DNA from: Desulfosoma sp.
Lineage (GTDB): Bacteria; Desulfobacterota; Syntrophobacteria; Syntrophobacterales; DSM-9756
Direction of reading: 5' to 3'
NCBI GenBank assembly: GCA_037481835.1
Contig: JBBFKW010000014.1
Span: forward strand, 1-64,000
Length of the DNA stretch: 64,000 nucleotides
Positions 17,083-28,472 of the stretch are shown here, piece after piece; position 1 is the stretch's first letter, and each line of letters begins with the position of its first letter. The translations under genes and the position numbers were made by a program. The notes beneath the pieces were generated by a model. The model saw only the letters and a list, made by a program, of their open reading frames with translations. It was not told where the DNA came from and did no database searches.

Positions 17083-17861
17083 CGGGCGGTGCCGTTTCGT
17101 GGCGGTTCTTGAAGGTCTGGCGGCGGAATCTGTGGACCTATCGCCGCATCTGGAAGGTGAGTTTCCTCACCCCGCTCTTGGAGCCGCTCTTTTTCGTCGC
17201 CGCATTCGGGTTGGGGCTGAGCGGCTTTATCGGGGAGGTGCCCTACGGCGGGAGGCATTTCGATTACCCGACGTTCATCGCGCCGGGCTTGGTGGCGACG
17301 GCCATGATGAACAACGCCTTCTTCGAGACGACCTACGCCTCTTTTGTGCGCATGTATTACCAAAAGACCTTCGACGGCATGCTGGCGACCCCGCTCAGCC
17401 TGGAAGAAATCATGATCGGAGAGATCGCCTGGGCCGCCACCAAATCCGTTGTGGCCGCCTGCCTCATGAGCGGCGTCCTGGCCGTGTTGGGCCTGGTGAA
17501 GCCGTGGTCCATCGTCGCCATTGTGCCGACGGCTTTTCTCGGCGGAGTGGCCTTCGGCGCCGTGGGGCTGTGGATCACGGGCCTGACGCCCCACATCGAA
17601 ATGTTCAACCTGCCGGTTTTTCTTCTCGTCACCCCCATGTTTCTCTTTTCCGGGACGTTTTTCCCCGTCTCCACCCTGCCCGCCTGGGCGGGGGCGGCGG
17701 CGCGGGCTTTCCCGCTCTACCACCTGGTGGAGCTATGCCGGAGGATGCAGATGGGCGCGGGGGAATACCCCGCGTGGGGGAGTGCGGCCTACCTCGTCGT
17801 TTTTGCCGCACTGTTCACGGTCTTCGCCGTCCGCGCCATGAAGCGGCGCCTCATCCGCTAG
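17079..17861 (+). CDS. ABC-2 type permease (NodJ-like)
   Basis: Multi-TM; FIAPGL, LFSGTFFPV; ATGA overlap with the ATPase. Confidence 0.88.
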   Translation: MTGGAVSWRFLKVWRRNLWTYRRIWKVSFLTPLLEPLFFVAAFGLGLSGFIGEVPYGGRHFDYPTFIAPGLVATAMMNNAFFETTYASFVRMYYQKTFDGMLATPLSLEEIMIGEIAWAATKSVVAACLMSGVLAVLGLVKPWSIVAIVPTAFLGGVAFGAVGLWITGLTPHIEMFNLPVFLLVTPMFLFSGTFFPVSTLPAWAGAAARAFPLYHLVELCRRMQMGAGEYPAWGSAAYLVVFAALFTVFAVRAMKRRLIR

Positions 17862-18184
17862 TAGCCGCGTTCGCCGCGGAAGATGACCGCAAGACGGCCG
17901 CCTTCAAAGCGAAGGGTGTGCAGAAAATCCGTGGGGCCGAAATTGTAGACCCATTCCTCGACGACAATCTTGTCATAGCCGTAGCGCGTTCGAACGATCT
18001 TTTCCCCCACAAACTGCTGGTAAAGGGGCGGACCGCATTTGGCGGCCACATCCGTCTTGGTTTCCCCGACGACGACGAGCCGCGTGCCGCACCGAAGGGA
18101 GGAAAGGGAATCCTGGGCGCCGGCACCCGCCGGCGCTCCAAGGAGACCCGCCATTATAAGAAGGATCCCGACCACTCGTTTCAT
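17858..18184 (-). CDS. Secreted DUF2845-like protein
   Basis: Signal peptide; LRCG..V..G....V..KCG.P and EEWVYNFGP motifs. Confidence 0.75.
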   Translation of the reverse strand: MKRVVGILLIMAGLLGAPAGAGAQDSLSSLRCGTRLVVVGETKTDVAAKCGPPLYQQFVGEKIVRTRYGYDKIVVEEWVYNFGPTDFLHTLRFEGGRLAVIFRGERGY

Positions 18185-18489
18185 GACCCGCTCCCCGCCG
18201 ATTCGCCCCGTAGCCTCGCCGGCCCCCGACTATTTGCCACCCGCTTTGAAGAAATGATACCTTTCTTTGTGCCCGCACACAATTTCGTTCTCTGCGAAAA
18301 CGGGGCGCAGCCGTCGGCGCGCCTCCCTTGTCTCGGGCCGGAGCCTCCCCGATCCCTTCGTAAAGCACAAAATTGTTCCTCACCCATGCCTTTTTCGCCT
18401 GAAGCCCGAGCCTTCCTCTTTTGATGGGGCTTGGTTTTTCCTGGTGGATCAAAGGGTTTTCCTTTTTGATAAGCGATCGGTCGAGATTT

Positions 18490-18504
18490 GGGCACGGAGT
18501 TTGC
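18490..18504 (+). promoter_or_regulatory. Putative sigma-54 promoter of amtB-glnK
   Basis: GGGCACGGAGTTTGC fits the GG-N10-GC (-24/-12) consensus about 75 bp upstream of amtB. Confidence 0.65.
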
Positions 18505-18579
18505 CTTGTCTTGATTTGACCGTACGGCGGGGGACGACATGGGGAAAACCATCGAGCACCAGGAAAGGAGAATCAGGGG

Positions 18580-19794
18580 ATGGACAGCGGCGATACGGCA
18601 TTCATGCTCAGTGCGACGGCTCTCGTGATGCTCATGACGCCGGGCTTGGCTCTTTTTTATGGAGGCCTGGTGCGCTCCAAGAATGTACTGGCCACGATGA
18701 TGCAAAGCTTCATTTGTCTCGGGGTGGTTTCCATCCTGTGGGTTCTGTTCGGCTACAGCGTGGCTTTCGGGCCGGACAAGGGCGGGGTCATCGGCGGCCT
18801 GGATTGGGCGTTCCTCCGGTCCGTGGGGACCGAGCCCGGCCCCTATGCGGCCACCATTCCCCACCTGGTCTTTTCGGCCTTTCAGCTCATGTTCGCCATC
18901 ATCACGCCGGCCCTGATCACCGGGGCCTTTGCGGAACGCATGAAATTTTCAGGCTTTCTTCTCTTTACGGTCTTGTGGACGACATTCGTCTATTTTCCCG
19001 TGTGCCACTGGGTTTGGGGCGGCGGCTGGATCGGAAAGCTCGGGGCCCTGGATTTCGCCGGCGGCACCGTCATCCACATCAATTCGGGCGTGGCGGCTCT
19101 GGCGTCGGCCCTGGTGGTGGGAAAACGGCGCGGGTATCGCAAGGAACCCTTCCAGCCCCACAGTTTGCCGCTCACCGTGCTGGGAGCGGGGCTTTTGTGG
19201 TTCGGCTGGTTCGGTTTCAATGCGGGAAGCGCTCTGACGGCGGGGGCGGTGGCCGGGGTGGCCTTCTTCAACACTCAGGTGGCGACGGGCGCGGCGGCGG
19301 TGGCCTGGATCACGGCGGAATGGATCAAAATCGGCAAACCCACAACCCTCGGAGCGGCCTCAGGGGCCGTAGCGGGCCTCGTGGCCGTAACCCCGGCCGC
19401 CGGTTTCGTGGGACCTGTGCCCGCTCTCGTCATCGGACTTTTTGCGGGGTTTTTCTGCTACGGAGCGGTGTTGGCCAAGGAAAAACTCGGTTACGACGAC
19501 GCCCTGGACGTGGTGGGGATCCACGGCGTGGGCGGATTGTGGGGCGCTTTGGCCACGGGCCTCTTTGCCTCAACGGTTTATAACCCGGCCGGAGCGGACG
19601 GCCTCTTTTACGGCAACCCGAAGCAGCTTCTCATCCAGGCTGTGGGGGCCCTGGCGGCCATCGTCTATTCCTTTGTCCTCTCGTGGGTTCTGCTCAAAGT
19701 GACGGGAGCCGTGACCGGCTTGCGGGTCCCGGATGAGGAAGAAGTCCAGGGATTGGATCTGTCCCAGCACAGCGAGACGGGCTACGTCCTGTAA
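18580..19794 (+). CDS. amtB: Ammonium transporter
   Basis: MTPGLALFYGG, DFAGGTVIH, LWFGWFGFNAGS, DDALDVVGIHG. Confidence 0.97.
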   Translation: MDSGDTAFMLSATALVMLMTPGLALFYGGLVRSKNVLATMMQSFICLGVVSILWVLFGYSVAFGPDKGGVIGGLDWAFLRSVGTEPGPYAATIPHLVFSAFQLMFAIITPALITGAFAERMKFSGFLLFTVLWTTFVYFPVCHWVWGGGWIGKLGALDFAGGTVIHINSGVAALASALVVGKRRGYRKEPFQPHSLPLTVLGAGLLWFGWFGFNAGSALTAGAVAGVAFFNTQVATGAAAVAWITAEWIKIGKPTTLGAASGAVAGLVAVTPAAGFVGPVPALVIGLFAGFFCYGAVLAKEKLGYDDALDVVGIHGVGGLWGALATGLFASTVYNPAGADGLFYGNPKQLLIQAVGALAAIVYSFVLSWVLLKVTGAVTGLRVPDEEEVQGLDLSQHSETGYVL

Positions 19795-19847
19795 CGGTTC
19801 AAAAGGAGGCGCCGGGGACGGCTGTGCGGTACAGCCGATCCGCCTGA

Positions 19848-20216
<369 letters not shown>

Positions 20217-20246
20217 TCGGCCATCCCGGGGTCCTTGGCCCCGGGT

Positions 20247-21182
20247 TCACTGGTTGACCCAGACGGCCTGGTGGCGAAAGTCGGCGAGGATCTTCTTGGT
20301 GACGGAACTCTTGAGAAAGCCCCAGGTGCCGGCCGAGCCGCCGTGGCCGAGGACCACGATTCCGGCCTTGTTTTCGGCGCAGTAGGAGAGAATGTCGGCG
20401 GCGATCTTTCCCGAGCTCGGGGCCGCCACGAGGCGCAGCCGGGCCGGATCCACGGCGCTCTCCCGAATGAGGCTCAAGGCCTGGGCGTAATTGGCGCGGA
20501 CATCCGCCGACTGGCCGGCGACCCACCGGGTGATCTCGCCGTCGGGTTCGATCCCGTGAGAGACGAGTTTCCTGGACAATTTCTTGGAAAAATGGACGAC
20601 GTCGATGGCCGTGGCGGTCTCTTCCAGCATGAACAGGGCATGGTCCAGAGCCCGCACGGACGCTCGGTGTTCGGAGACGCACACCACCGCCCGGGACGTG
20701 TCCGCAGGCTCATCCACGAACCAGATGGGGCTGACCAGGCAATGGTGGAGCAGGGCCGAGGTGTGATCGCCCTTGAGGAAGCCTTCCAGAGCGCTGCTGG
20801 ATTGCTTGGGGAAGAGCACGGCGTCCACCCTCTTGATGTCGGCCAGGCGGCAGGCGTGATGGGCGACGCTCAGCTCCTTTTCCTGGACCAGTTCGTGGAT
20901 CACCTCTTCGCTGAAGCCCACATCGAGAAGGACCTGCTTGGCCCGGGTGCAGGCTTTTCGGGCGGCTTCATCCCGTTCCTTGAGGAAGGCTTTTTTCTTC
21001 GCCACCTGAGCCGGAGTGAGCCGCCCTTCGGCGTAGACCGGGGGCAGGGCGGGGACCAGGTAGTGGATGATCAGGGTGATCCGGGACCGATCGGGGTAGA
21101 GTTCCGTGAGAAACCGGATCGGTCGAAGGGATTCTTCCGTGTCGTCGATGGGCAGCAGGAAGGCTTTCGGCGTCACTGTCAT
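20247..21182 (-). CDS. Tandem universal stress protein
   Basis: LLPIDDTEES N-terminus; VVLGHGG..SSVTKKIL C-terminal Usp motif. Confidence 0.8.
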   Translation of the reverse strand: MTVTPKAFLLPIDDTEESLRPIRFLTELYPDRSRITLIIHYLVPALPPVYAEGRLTPAQVAKKKAFLKERDEAARKACTRAKQVLLDVGFSEEVIHELVQEKELSVAHHACRLADIKRVDAVLFPKQSSSALEGFLKGDHTSALLHHCLVSPIWFVDEPADTSRAVVCVSEHRASVRALDHALFMLEETATAIDVVHFSKKLSRKLVSHGIEPDGEITRWVAGQSADVRANYAQALSLIRESAVDPARLRLVAAPSSGKIAADILSYCAENKAGIVVLGHGGSAGTWGFLKSSVTKKILADFRHQAVWVNQ

Positions 21183-21217
21183 GGGCGGGCTCCTTGGCGC
21201 ACGAGGGGCCGGAACTC

Positions 21218-22003
21218 TCAGGGGGTCAGTTCGCAGGGCGGGCCGGGGTGGTCTTGAGCGGCGATGAGGAAGCGCACATGAGCCCACCGGTCCCGTTCCA
21301 GCCGATGTTCCAGGGTGCCCCGCACAAGCTGCGGGTGGTTGTTGATTTCGCTCAAATGGGCCATGACCACGATCTGCAAGTTCTCATGGTGCACATCCTG
21401 GAGGAGGTCGCAGCATTCGTCGTTGCTGAGGTGCCCGTGGCGGCTGCGGATGCGTTGCTTCAGGGGCCAGGTGTAGGGCCCGTTCAGGAGCCGATCCACG
21501 TCGTGGTTGGCCTCCACGATCAAGCCGTGGCACTGGCGAAGGCGCGTGCGCACCAGCTGGGTGGCCGTGCCGCAATCGGTGCACACCGCCAGGCGGCACC
21601 CGTCGTGTTCCACGATGAAGCCCACGGGGTCTGCCGCATCGTGGGACAGGGAAAAGGGTAGGACGCAAAGATCCCCCACCCGGAACGGCCGGCCCGATTG
21701 GATGAGGTGCACGGCGGCCAGCTCCCCCAGTTGGGGCGGGAGGGCTTCCAGGCATCCTTGGGTGAGATAGACGGGAAGGTCGTGACGGCGGCTCAAAACC
21801 CCCACGCCTCGGATATGGTCGCTGTGTTCATGGCTGACAAGGACGGCGGAAAGGCCCTTTGGGTTCAAGCCGCAGGCTTGAAGGCGCCGCCCGATGTCCT
21901 TGGCGCTCAACCCGGCGTCCACGAGGAGCGCCGTGGAACCTCCAGCGACATAGATGGCGTTGCCTTTGGATCCGCTGGCCAGCACTTGGAACACGAGAGC
22001 CAT
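21218..22003 (-). CDS. MBL-fold metallo-hydrolase (YycJ/WalJ-like)
   Basis: LASGSKGN, SHEHSDH, SHDA, EANHD, GHLSN, HLSE.N. Confidence 0.9.
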   Translation of the reverse strand: MALVFQVLASGSKGNAIYVAGGSTALLVDAGLSAKDIGRRLQACGLNPKGLSAVLVSHEHSDHIRGVGVLSRRHDLPVYLTQGCLEALPPQLGELAAVHLIQSGRPFRVGDLCVLPFSLSHDAADPVGFIVEHDGCRLAVCTDCGTATQLVRTRLRQCHGLIVEANHDVDRLLNGPYTWPLKQRIRSRHGHLSNDECCDLLQDVHHENLQIVVMAHLSEINNHPQLVRGTLEHRLERDRWAHVRFLIAAQDHPGPPCELTP

Positions 22004-22014
22004 GGCGGAAAAGC

Positions 22015-23268
22015 CTACGCGAGGGGGACGTCGGCCGCCCCGTTATCCGAAACGGGCCCGAGAAGTGTGAGGGCCGTGTTTTCGGGGCGGTATTGGGCGG
22101 CGAACCATGACTGGACGTCGTCGGCCGTCACCCCATCGATGGCGTGTTCCACTTCTTCCAGGGGCACGTGACGGCCGAAGACGAATTCGTTCTTGGCCAA
22201 GCGGTTCATGCGCGAGTCGGTGCTTTCCGCATTGAGGTACATGCTCCCCTTGAGGTATTCCTTGGCGGCGGCCAATTCGGATTCCGTGATGGAGTCCCGG
22301 CGGACGGCCTCCATTTCCGCGGTGATGACCGCTAGGGTTTCCTTGACGTCCTCCGGGGCCACGGCGGCGTAGACGCCCATGAGGCCCGTGTCTTCGTGGT
22401 TGTTCACGAAGGAATAGATGGAATAGGCGAGGCCCCGCTTTTCCCGCACTTCCTGAAACAGCCGGCTGCTCATGCTGTTGCCCAGGACCACGTTGAGCAC
22501 ATGGCAGGCGAAGCGGTTGGGATCGGATTGGGAGCATGCGGGAAAACCCAAACAGATGTGGACCTGTTCCAGGTCCTTGGACACGACGGTGCGGTGGGGG
22601 ACGACCCGCGGGGCCGAACGTTTGGGCGGGCGGCGGTTGTGGTTGAGCGTCTCCAAGTGAGGCGCCACCAGATCCACGAAGGCGGCGTGGTCCACGTTGC
22701 CCGCCGCGGCGACGAGCACCACCTCCGGGGCGAAGCGCCGCCCGAGAAAATCGATGATGGCGCTGCGGGTCAAAGCCCGCACGGATTCCTCGGTGCCGTA
22801 GATGGGCACGCCCAGCGGGTGATCCTTCCAGAAGTCCTGCTGAAACAGGATGTGGACCAGGTCTTCGGGTGAATCCTCGATCATGTTGATTTCCTGCACC
22901 ACGACCTGGCGTTCCCGCTCGATTTCCTCATCGGCAAACAGCGAATTGAGGAAGATGTCGGTGAGCACATCCACGACCAGGTTCAGGTGCGTGTCCATGA
23001 CCTTGGCGTGGATGCAGAGGTTTTCCTTGGACGTAAAAGCGTTGGCGAAACCGCCCACGGCATCCAGAGCCTTGGCGATGTCCAAGGCCGACCGGGTGGC
23101 GGTGCCCTTGAACAGCATGTGCTCCACGAAATGGGTCACGCCCTGTTCGTGGGGTTCCTCGTCCCGGGATCCCACATTGACCCAGATGCCCGTGGACACC
23201 GAATGAAACCCGGGCATCTTTTCGGTCACGACCCGAATGCCGTTGGGAAGAATCGTCTTTTGAACCAA
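22015..23268 (-). CDS. M16 family zinc peptidase
   Basis: HFVEHMLFKGT (HxxEH), SSRLFQEVREKRGLAYS. Confidence 0.93.
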   Translation of the reverse strand: MVQKTILPNGIRVVTEKMPGFHSVSTGIWVNVGSRDEEPHEQGVTHFVEHMLFKGTATRSALDIAKALDAVGGFANAFTSKENLCIHAKVMDTHLNLVVDVLTDIFLNSLFADEEIERERQVVVQEINMIEDSPEDLVHILFQQDFWKDHPLGVPIYGTEESVRALTRSAIIDFLGRRFAPEVVLVAAAGNVDHAAFVDLVAPHLETLNHNRRPPKRSAPRVVPHRTVVSKDLEQVHICLGFPACSQSDPNRFACHVLNVVLGNSMSSRLFQEVREKRGLAYSIYSFVNNHEDTGLMGVYAAVAPEDVKETLAVITAEMEAVRRDSITESELAAAKEYLKGSMYLNAESTDSRMNRLAKNEFVFGRHVPLEEVEHAIDGVTADDVQSWFAAQYRPENTALTLLGPVSDNGAADVPLA

Positions 23269-23278
23269 CGCGTCCTCG

Positions 23279-25375
23279 TTACTTGCGGTGTTCCGGATTG
23301 CCGAGCACGGCCTTGCGGCTGAGCCGGATCCGTCCTTCCCGGTCGATGTCGATGACTTTCACCAGGACTTCGTCCCCTTCCTTGACCACGTCGGTGACTT
23401 TTTGCACGCGTTTGTGGTCCAGCTGGGAGATGTGGATGAGGCCTTCCGTGTTGGGAAGGATTTCGGCGAAGGCGCCGAAGTCCGTCACCTTGGTGACCCG
23501 GGCCATGTAGACCTGGCCCACTTCGGGTTCCATGGTCAGACCCCGGATCTTGTCGATGGCCTTTTGGCAGGCGTCCTTGTCGGGACTCATGATGACCACA
23601 CGGCCCGAGTCCTCGATGTCGATCTTGGCGCCCGTTTCCGCCACGATCCCTCGGATGATCTTGCCTCCGGGGCCGATGACGTCCCGGATCTTGTCCGGAT
23701 TGATCTGGATCACTTCCATGCGCGGGGCGTAGGGGGACAGTTCCGGCCGCGGTTTGTCGATGACTTCGCGCATCTTGGACAGGATGTGGAGCCGGCCTTG
23801 GCGGGCCTGATCCAGAGCCCGGGTCATGATGTCCCGGCTGATGCCGGCGATTTTCACGTCCATCTGGATGGCCGTGACCCCTTTTTCGTTTCCGGTCACC
23901 TTGAAGTCCATATCCCCCAAGTGATCTTCATCGCCCAGGATGTCGGACAGGATGAGAAACTCATCGCCTTCCTTGACCAAACCCATGGCGATGCCCGCAA
24001 CCATGTCTTGGACGGGAACCCCGGCATCCATGAGCGAAAGGCAGGCGCCGCACACGGAAGCCATGGAACTGCTGCCGTTGGATTCCAGCACTTCGCACAC
24101 GACGCGGATGGTGTAGGGGAAACTCCCGTTGGACGGGAGGATGGGTTTGACGGCCCGTTCGGCCAGAGCGCCGTGGCCGATTTCTCGGCGGCCCGGCCCG
24201 CGCAAGGGGCGCACTTCCCCGACCGAATAGGGCGGGAAGTTGTAGTGGAGCATGAACGATTTGAAGGATTCTCCCGTGAGGGCTTCGATCTTTTGTTCGT
24301 CGCTGGAAGAGCCCAGCGTGGTGACGGCCAGCACCTGGGTTTCCCCGCGGCGGAAAAGGGCCGATCCATGGGTGCGGGGCAAAAGGCCCACTTCGATGCT
24401 GATGGGGCGGATTTCGTGGAAGGAGCGGCCGTCGATGCGGCGCTTTTCGTCGACCATCATGCGCCGCACGGTCTCCTTTTCCAGCTTTTCCAGGACGCGT
24501 TCCACGTCTTTTTCGGAACCGGGGAATTTTTCCGTAACGGCGGCGAGCACGTTTTGGTGGAGGGCTTTCTTCTTGTCCCGGCGAAGCATCTTGTCGGCCG
24601 TGGTCATGGCCTCCCGCATGCCGTCCGCCGCCAGGTGCCTGACGAGGTCTTCCACGGCGGGGTCCACCACGGGTGGGGCGATCTCTTCCTTGGGCAAGCC
24701 GGCAATCCGGCGCAGTTCTTCCTGGGCGTCCAGGATGGGCACGATGGCCCGGTGCGCTTCGTCGATGGCTTCCAAGATGTCGGCTTCGGGAACGAAGAGG
24801 GCGCCCCCTTCCACCATCACCACCGCGTCCCGGCTCCCGGCCACCACGATGTTCATGTCGCTGTGTTCGAGCTGGGCGGCACTGGGGTTGATCACCAGCG
24901 TGCCGTCCACGCGTCCCACCCGGACGGCCGCCACGGGGCCGGCGAAAGGCACGGCGGAAAGGTGCAAGGCCGCGGAGGCTCCCGTCAAGGCCACCACGTC
25001 GGGCTCGTTTTCCTGGTCCACAGAAAGGACCGTGGCGATGACCTGGGTTTCGTAGGCGAATCCTTTGGGGAAAAGAGGCCGAATGGGCCGGTCGATGAGC
25101 CTGGAGGTGAGGGTTTCCTTTTCGCTGGGCCTGCCGATTTCCCTTCGGAAGAAACCGCCCGGGATCCGGCCGGCGGCATAACTCATCTCCTGATATTCCA
25201 CCATCAAGGGGACGAAATCGATCCCTTCGCGGATGCGGTCTTCTTTTACGGCGGCCACCATGACGACGGTATCGCCGTAGCGCATGAAAACCGAGCCGCT
25301 TGCTTGTCGGGCCGCATGGCCCGTTTCGAAAATGAGCGGTCGTCCGCCCACGTCAACCTGAACCGTTTTCTTCAT
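23279..25375 (-). CDS. pnp: Polyribonucleotide nucleotidyltransferase
   Basis: [31 protein letters not shown] and S1 domains. Confidence 0.99.
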   Translation of the reverse strand: MKKTVQVDVGGRPLIFETGHAARQASGSVFMRYGDTVVMVAAVKEDRIREGIDFVPLMVEYQEMSYAAGRIPGGFFRREIGRPSEKETLTSRLIDRPIRPLFPKGFAYETQVIATVLSVDQENEPDVVALTGASAALHLSAVPFAGPVAAVRVGRVDGTLVINPSAAQLEHSDMNIVVAGSRDAVVMVEGGALFVPEADILEAIDEAHRAIVPILDAQEELRRIAGLPKEEIAPPVVDPAVEDLVRHLAADGMREAMTTADKMLRRDKKKALHQNVLAAVTEKFPGSEKDVERVLEKLEKETVRRMMVDEKRRIDGRSFHEIRPISIEVGLLPRTHGSALFRRGETQVLAVTTLGSSSDEQKIEALTGESFKSFMLHYNFPPYSVGEVRPLRGPGRREIGHGALAERAVKPILPSNGSFPYTIRVVCEVLESNGSSSMASVCGACLSLMDAGVPVQDMVAGIAMGLVKEGDEFLILSDILGDEDHLGDMDFKVTGNEKGVTAIQMDVKIAGISRDIMTRALDQARQGRLHILSKMREVIDKPRPELSPYAPRMEVIQINPDKIRDVIGPGGKIIRGIVAETGAKIDIEDSGRVVIMSPDKDACQKAIDKIRGLTMEPEVGQVYMARVTKVTDFGAFAEILPNTEGLIHISQLDHKRVQKVTDVVKEGDEVLVKVIDIDREGRIRLSRKAVLGNPEHRK

Positions 25376-25418
25376 AGAGGCGTTCCTCGTCTTTCCGGGG
25401 TCGATCCACCCGCGCCCT

Positions 25419-25688
25419 TTAGCGGCGCAGCCCCAAGCGCTCGATGAGCGTATGGTAGCGATCGATGTTTTTTCGTTTCAAGTAGTTGAGAAGCTGCCGC
25501 CTTTGCCCGACGAGCTTCAACAGGCCGCGTCGGGAATGGTGGTCCTTCTTGTGGATTTTGAAGTGCTCGGTGAGATAGTTGATCCTTTCGCTGAGCAAAG
25601 CGATTTGGACTTCGGGCGATCCCGTATCGCTGGGGTGGATTTTGAAGGTGTCGATGATTTCTTTTTTTCGTTCAGGGGTGAGAACCAC
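25419..25688 (-). CDS. rpsO: 30S ribosomal protein S15
   Basis: [21 protein letters not shown]. Confidence 0.99.
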   Translation of the reverse strand: MVLTPERKKEIIDTFKIHPSDTGSPEVQIALLSERINYLTEHFKIHKKDHHSRRGLLKLVGQRRQLLNYLKRKNIDRYHTLIERLGLRR

Positions 25689-25703
25689 GGTTGTCCTCCT
25701 TTT

Positions 25704-26690
25704 CTATGTGAGATGTTCCGGGGATGAAAAAACCTTCAGACGGCGTTCTCCGGGAGGCGCCGCGGGCCACCACAGGGCCAGCAGCACGTTGTCGGGACCC
25801 ATGAGCCGTACGGGTCCGGGATGTCCTTCCACAACCGCCGCATGTCGATCCAGCCAGGATTCCGGCACTTGTCCATGGCGCACCCGGTTCCGGATCACAG
25901 GGTCGTCCACCACCAAAGCAGGCAGATGGGAAAGGGCCGCATGGAGCGGAATAACATGGCGTTTCCACTCCCCATCGCGTCGCATCCCTTCGAGCGTGTC
26001 CAAAGGCAGAGCGTTAAGGACTGAAAAGGGCCCGCTGTCCGTTCGACGCAGGGCCGACACATGGGCGCCGCAGCCCAGGCGACGCCCCACATCGGCGGCC
26101 AATTGCCGCACGTAGGTTCCCTTGGAACAATGCACACGGCACGTGACGTCCGGCCAGGTGTCGTCCAGGACCTCGAGGGCGTAAATTTCCACGAGTCGAG
26201 GCGGTGCTTCCACCTCACAACCGGAACGCGTCCATTCGTAGAGGCGGCGTCCCCGGACTTTGACGGCCGAATACTTCGGCACCTCTTGGTATTGGGACCC
26301 GACCATTTGGGAAACGACCCGGCGAAGCCGAGCGCCCTCAACGGGCGGGCCGTCGTAGACGTGCGTCACCCGGCCTGTAAGATCCAGCGTGTCCGTTTCC
26401 ACGCCCAGGCGCATGCGAAACACGTAGCGCTTGTCCGCGTGCGTGAGAAGCTCCGCGATGCGGGTGGCTTCGCCGAGGCACACCACGAGCAGTCCCGTGG
26501 CGAAGGGATCCAAGGTGCCGGTGTGTCCCGTCTTGGACACGCCCAGCCGGCGGCGCACCCAGTCCACCACCTGGTGGGACGTCCATCCTTCGGGTTTGTC
26601 CACCAAAAGGACTCCGGTCACCGCCTCCGCCTGTTTTCCGCACGCCGGGGTCATGGATGCCGCCGATATGCGCTGCGCCGCTTCATGCAT
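25704..26690 (-). CDS. truB: tRNA pseudouridine(55) synthase
   Basis: DKPEG.TSH, GHTGTLDPFATG, CSKGTYVR; start uncertain. Confidence 0.96.
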   Translation of the reverse strand: MHEAAQRISAASMTPACGKQAEAVTGVLLVDKPEGWTSHQVVDWVRRRLGVSKTGHTGTLDPFATGLLVVCLGEATRIAELLTHADKRYVFRMRLGVETDTLDLTGRVTHVYDGPPVEGARLRRVVSQMVGSQYQEVPKYSAVKVRGRRLYEWTRSGCEVEAPPRLVEIYALEVLDDTWPDVTCRVHCSKGTYVRQLAADVGRRLGCGAHVSALRRTDSGPFSVLNALPLDTLEGMRRDGEWKRHVIPLHAALSHLPALVVDDPVIRNRVRHGQVPESWLDRHAAVVEGHPGPVRLMGPDNVLLALWWPAAPPGERRLKVFSSPEHLT

Positions 26691-27732
26691 GGCCGTCGAT
26701 GTACTCACGTGCGGCCCGCGTGACGGCGGCCCGCACGTCCGCCAAAGATCCCTGGGTTCGAAAAGCCGCCGCTTGGCGATGGCCGCCGCCGCCGTAGCGG
26801 CGGGCGAAAGCCGCCACATCCACAGGCTCCTTGCTCCGAAGGCTCACATGGACCGTGCCGTCTCCTTCCTCGCGAAACAGGGCGGCCATGAGCACGGTGC
26901 GGATGCTTCGCAGGTGATTGATGAAACTTTCCGCGTCGGATCGGCATGTCCCCGTCTCCCGGAACATGGCCTGGCTCAATTCCGCCGTGGCCAGCCGATC
27001 GCCGGCGTCGAAAGCGACCGTCGATAGGACTCGGGCGAGAAGGCGAAGCCGCTGAGGAGACCCCGAATCGTAAATCCGGCTTGCGATGAAGGCGGGCTGG
27101 GCACCGTGGCCCACCAGGTCGGTGGCGATGGCCAACACCTTGCGGGTGGTATTGGAAAACCGAAAGGAGCCGGTATCGGTGAGGATCCCCGTGTAGAGCT
27201 GTGCGGCCAGGTCGGCCGTCCAGGGGACCTCCAGGTACACGGCCAGATCGTAAAGGAGTTCGCAGGTGCTGCTCGCCGTCGGATCGACCCAGGAAACCGT
27301 CCCAAAGGGATCCAGGTTCACATGGTGATCGATATTGACGAGAACCGGGATGCGGGACAGAGGTTCGGAAAGGGTCGGGCCGACCCGGTTGAATTCGCCG
27401 CAATCCACCAGGACGGCCGTATCGTAAGTGGCGGAGGCGGGCCAGGTGTGGCGGATGTCTTCGATACCGGCCAGGAAGTCATGGCCTGGAGGCGGCGGAT
27501 CCTCGCAGTACGGGTCGGCGGTTTTGCCCAAGAGGCGAAGCATGGTGGTCAGGGCCAAAACGGATCCCACCGCATCGCCGTCCGGCCGCACATGGGTCGC
27601 CACGGCAAACCGCCGTCCCGAGTCGATGACCTGTTTCAAGGCCGCCAGGACCCGGGTGCGCTCCGTCGGGGCCCGGTTCGAAGGATCAGGTGCCACGTAC
27701 GGGGCCGTGCAAGGCCCTTCAGGATTCTTCAT
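26683..27732 (-). CDS. nrnA: DHH family oligoribonuclease/PAP phosphatase (NrnA-like)
   Basis: H.RPDGDAVGS, IDHH, DTGSF, GGGGHRQAA; start uncertain. Confidence 0.88.
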   Translation of the reverse strand: MKNPEGPCTAPYVAPDPSNRAPTERTRVLAALKQVIDSGRRFAVATHVRPDGDAVGSVLALTTMLRLLGKTADPYCEDPPPPGHDFLAGIEDIRHTWPASATYDTAVLVDCGEFNRVGPTLSEPLSRIPVLVNIDHHVNLDPFGTVSWVDPTASSTCELLYDLAVYLEVPWTADLAAQLYTGILTDTGSFRFSNTTRKVLAIATDLVGHGAQPAFIASRIYDSGSPQRLRLLARVLSTVAFDAGDRLATAELSQAMFRETGTCRSDAESFINHLRSIRTVLMAALFREEGDGTVHVSLRSKEPVDVAAFARRYGGGGHRQAAAFRTQGSLADVRAAVTRAAREYIDGHA

Positions 27733-28066
27733 GGATTCGGTGAAGCAGGCGCTCAATTTTTTCCCCATAGTCGAAGGACGTGTCGTAAAAGAATTGGATG
27801 TCCGGCACGTAGCGCAGTTCCACGCGTTGTCCGATTTCCCGGCGGATGAAGGCTCGGGCCTTCTCCAGGGCTTTCGCCACCTGGGGTCTTTCTTCGGGCG
27901 TTCCCACGAAGCAGTAGAAAATCTTCGCGTACCGAAGATCGGCGCTCACTTCCACGCCGGTGACGGTCAATTTGCCCAGCCGCGGATCCCGAACTCGCCT
28001 CAAGAGGATTTCGGCCACGGTCCTTTGGAGGAGATCCGCCACACGGTCGGCTCTCTTGTATTCCAT
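27719..28066 (-). CDS. rbfA: Ribosome-binding factor A
   Basis: RADRVAD..DPRL..DLRYAK..LRYVP; synteny with infB. Confidence 0.96.
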   Translation of the reverse strand: MEYKRADRVADLLQRTVAEILLRRVRDPRLGKLTVTGVEVSADLRYAKIFYCFVGTPEERPQVAKALEKARAFIRREIGQRVELRYVPDIQFFYDTSFDYGEKIERLLHRIHEES

Positions 28067-28148
28067 AACTCTTCCGTCTTCCCGCCCTCGGGAGCTTTTC
28101 CACGCCCGCCGCCGCTCCACGGGGAAGCGGGCGCCGGCGCATGAGCCC

Positions 28149-28451
28149 CTAGAGGGGGATCAGTTCGATGTCGTGACTTTCCAAATCGGCAAGGCCCATG
28201 CCTGCCATGTAGTCCACCACCTTGTCCAAGATGGAGTTGAGCAGTCGGGAGTCGTTGCCGATGACGGCAATCCCCAAAGTGGCCCGCTGGTAGCGGTCCA
28301 AGTCATCCACTTCGGCGATGGAGACGGGAAAGCGGTTTCGGCTCTTTTCAATGAGGCTTTTCACGATCTTGCGCTTTCCCTTGAGCGAGTCGTTGCCGTG
28401 GAGCCGAAAGGTCACCCGGGCCACACCCACACTGACGGTCACATCCTTCAT
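28149..28451 (-). CDS. DUF503 (YlxP) protein
   Basis: SLKGKR..VSIAEV..D; typical position between infB and rbfA. Confidence 0.9.
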   Translation of the reverse strand: MKDVTVSVGVARVTFRLHGNDSLKGKRKIVKSLIEKSRNRFPVSIAEVDDLDRYQRATLGIAVIGNDSRLLNSILDKVVDYMAGMGLADLESHDIELIPL

Positions 28452-28472
28452 CGCGTGTTTTCAGACCTGCTC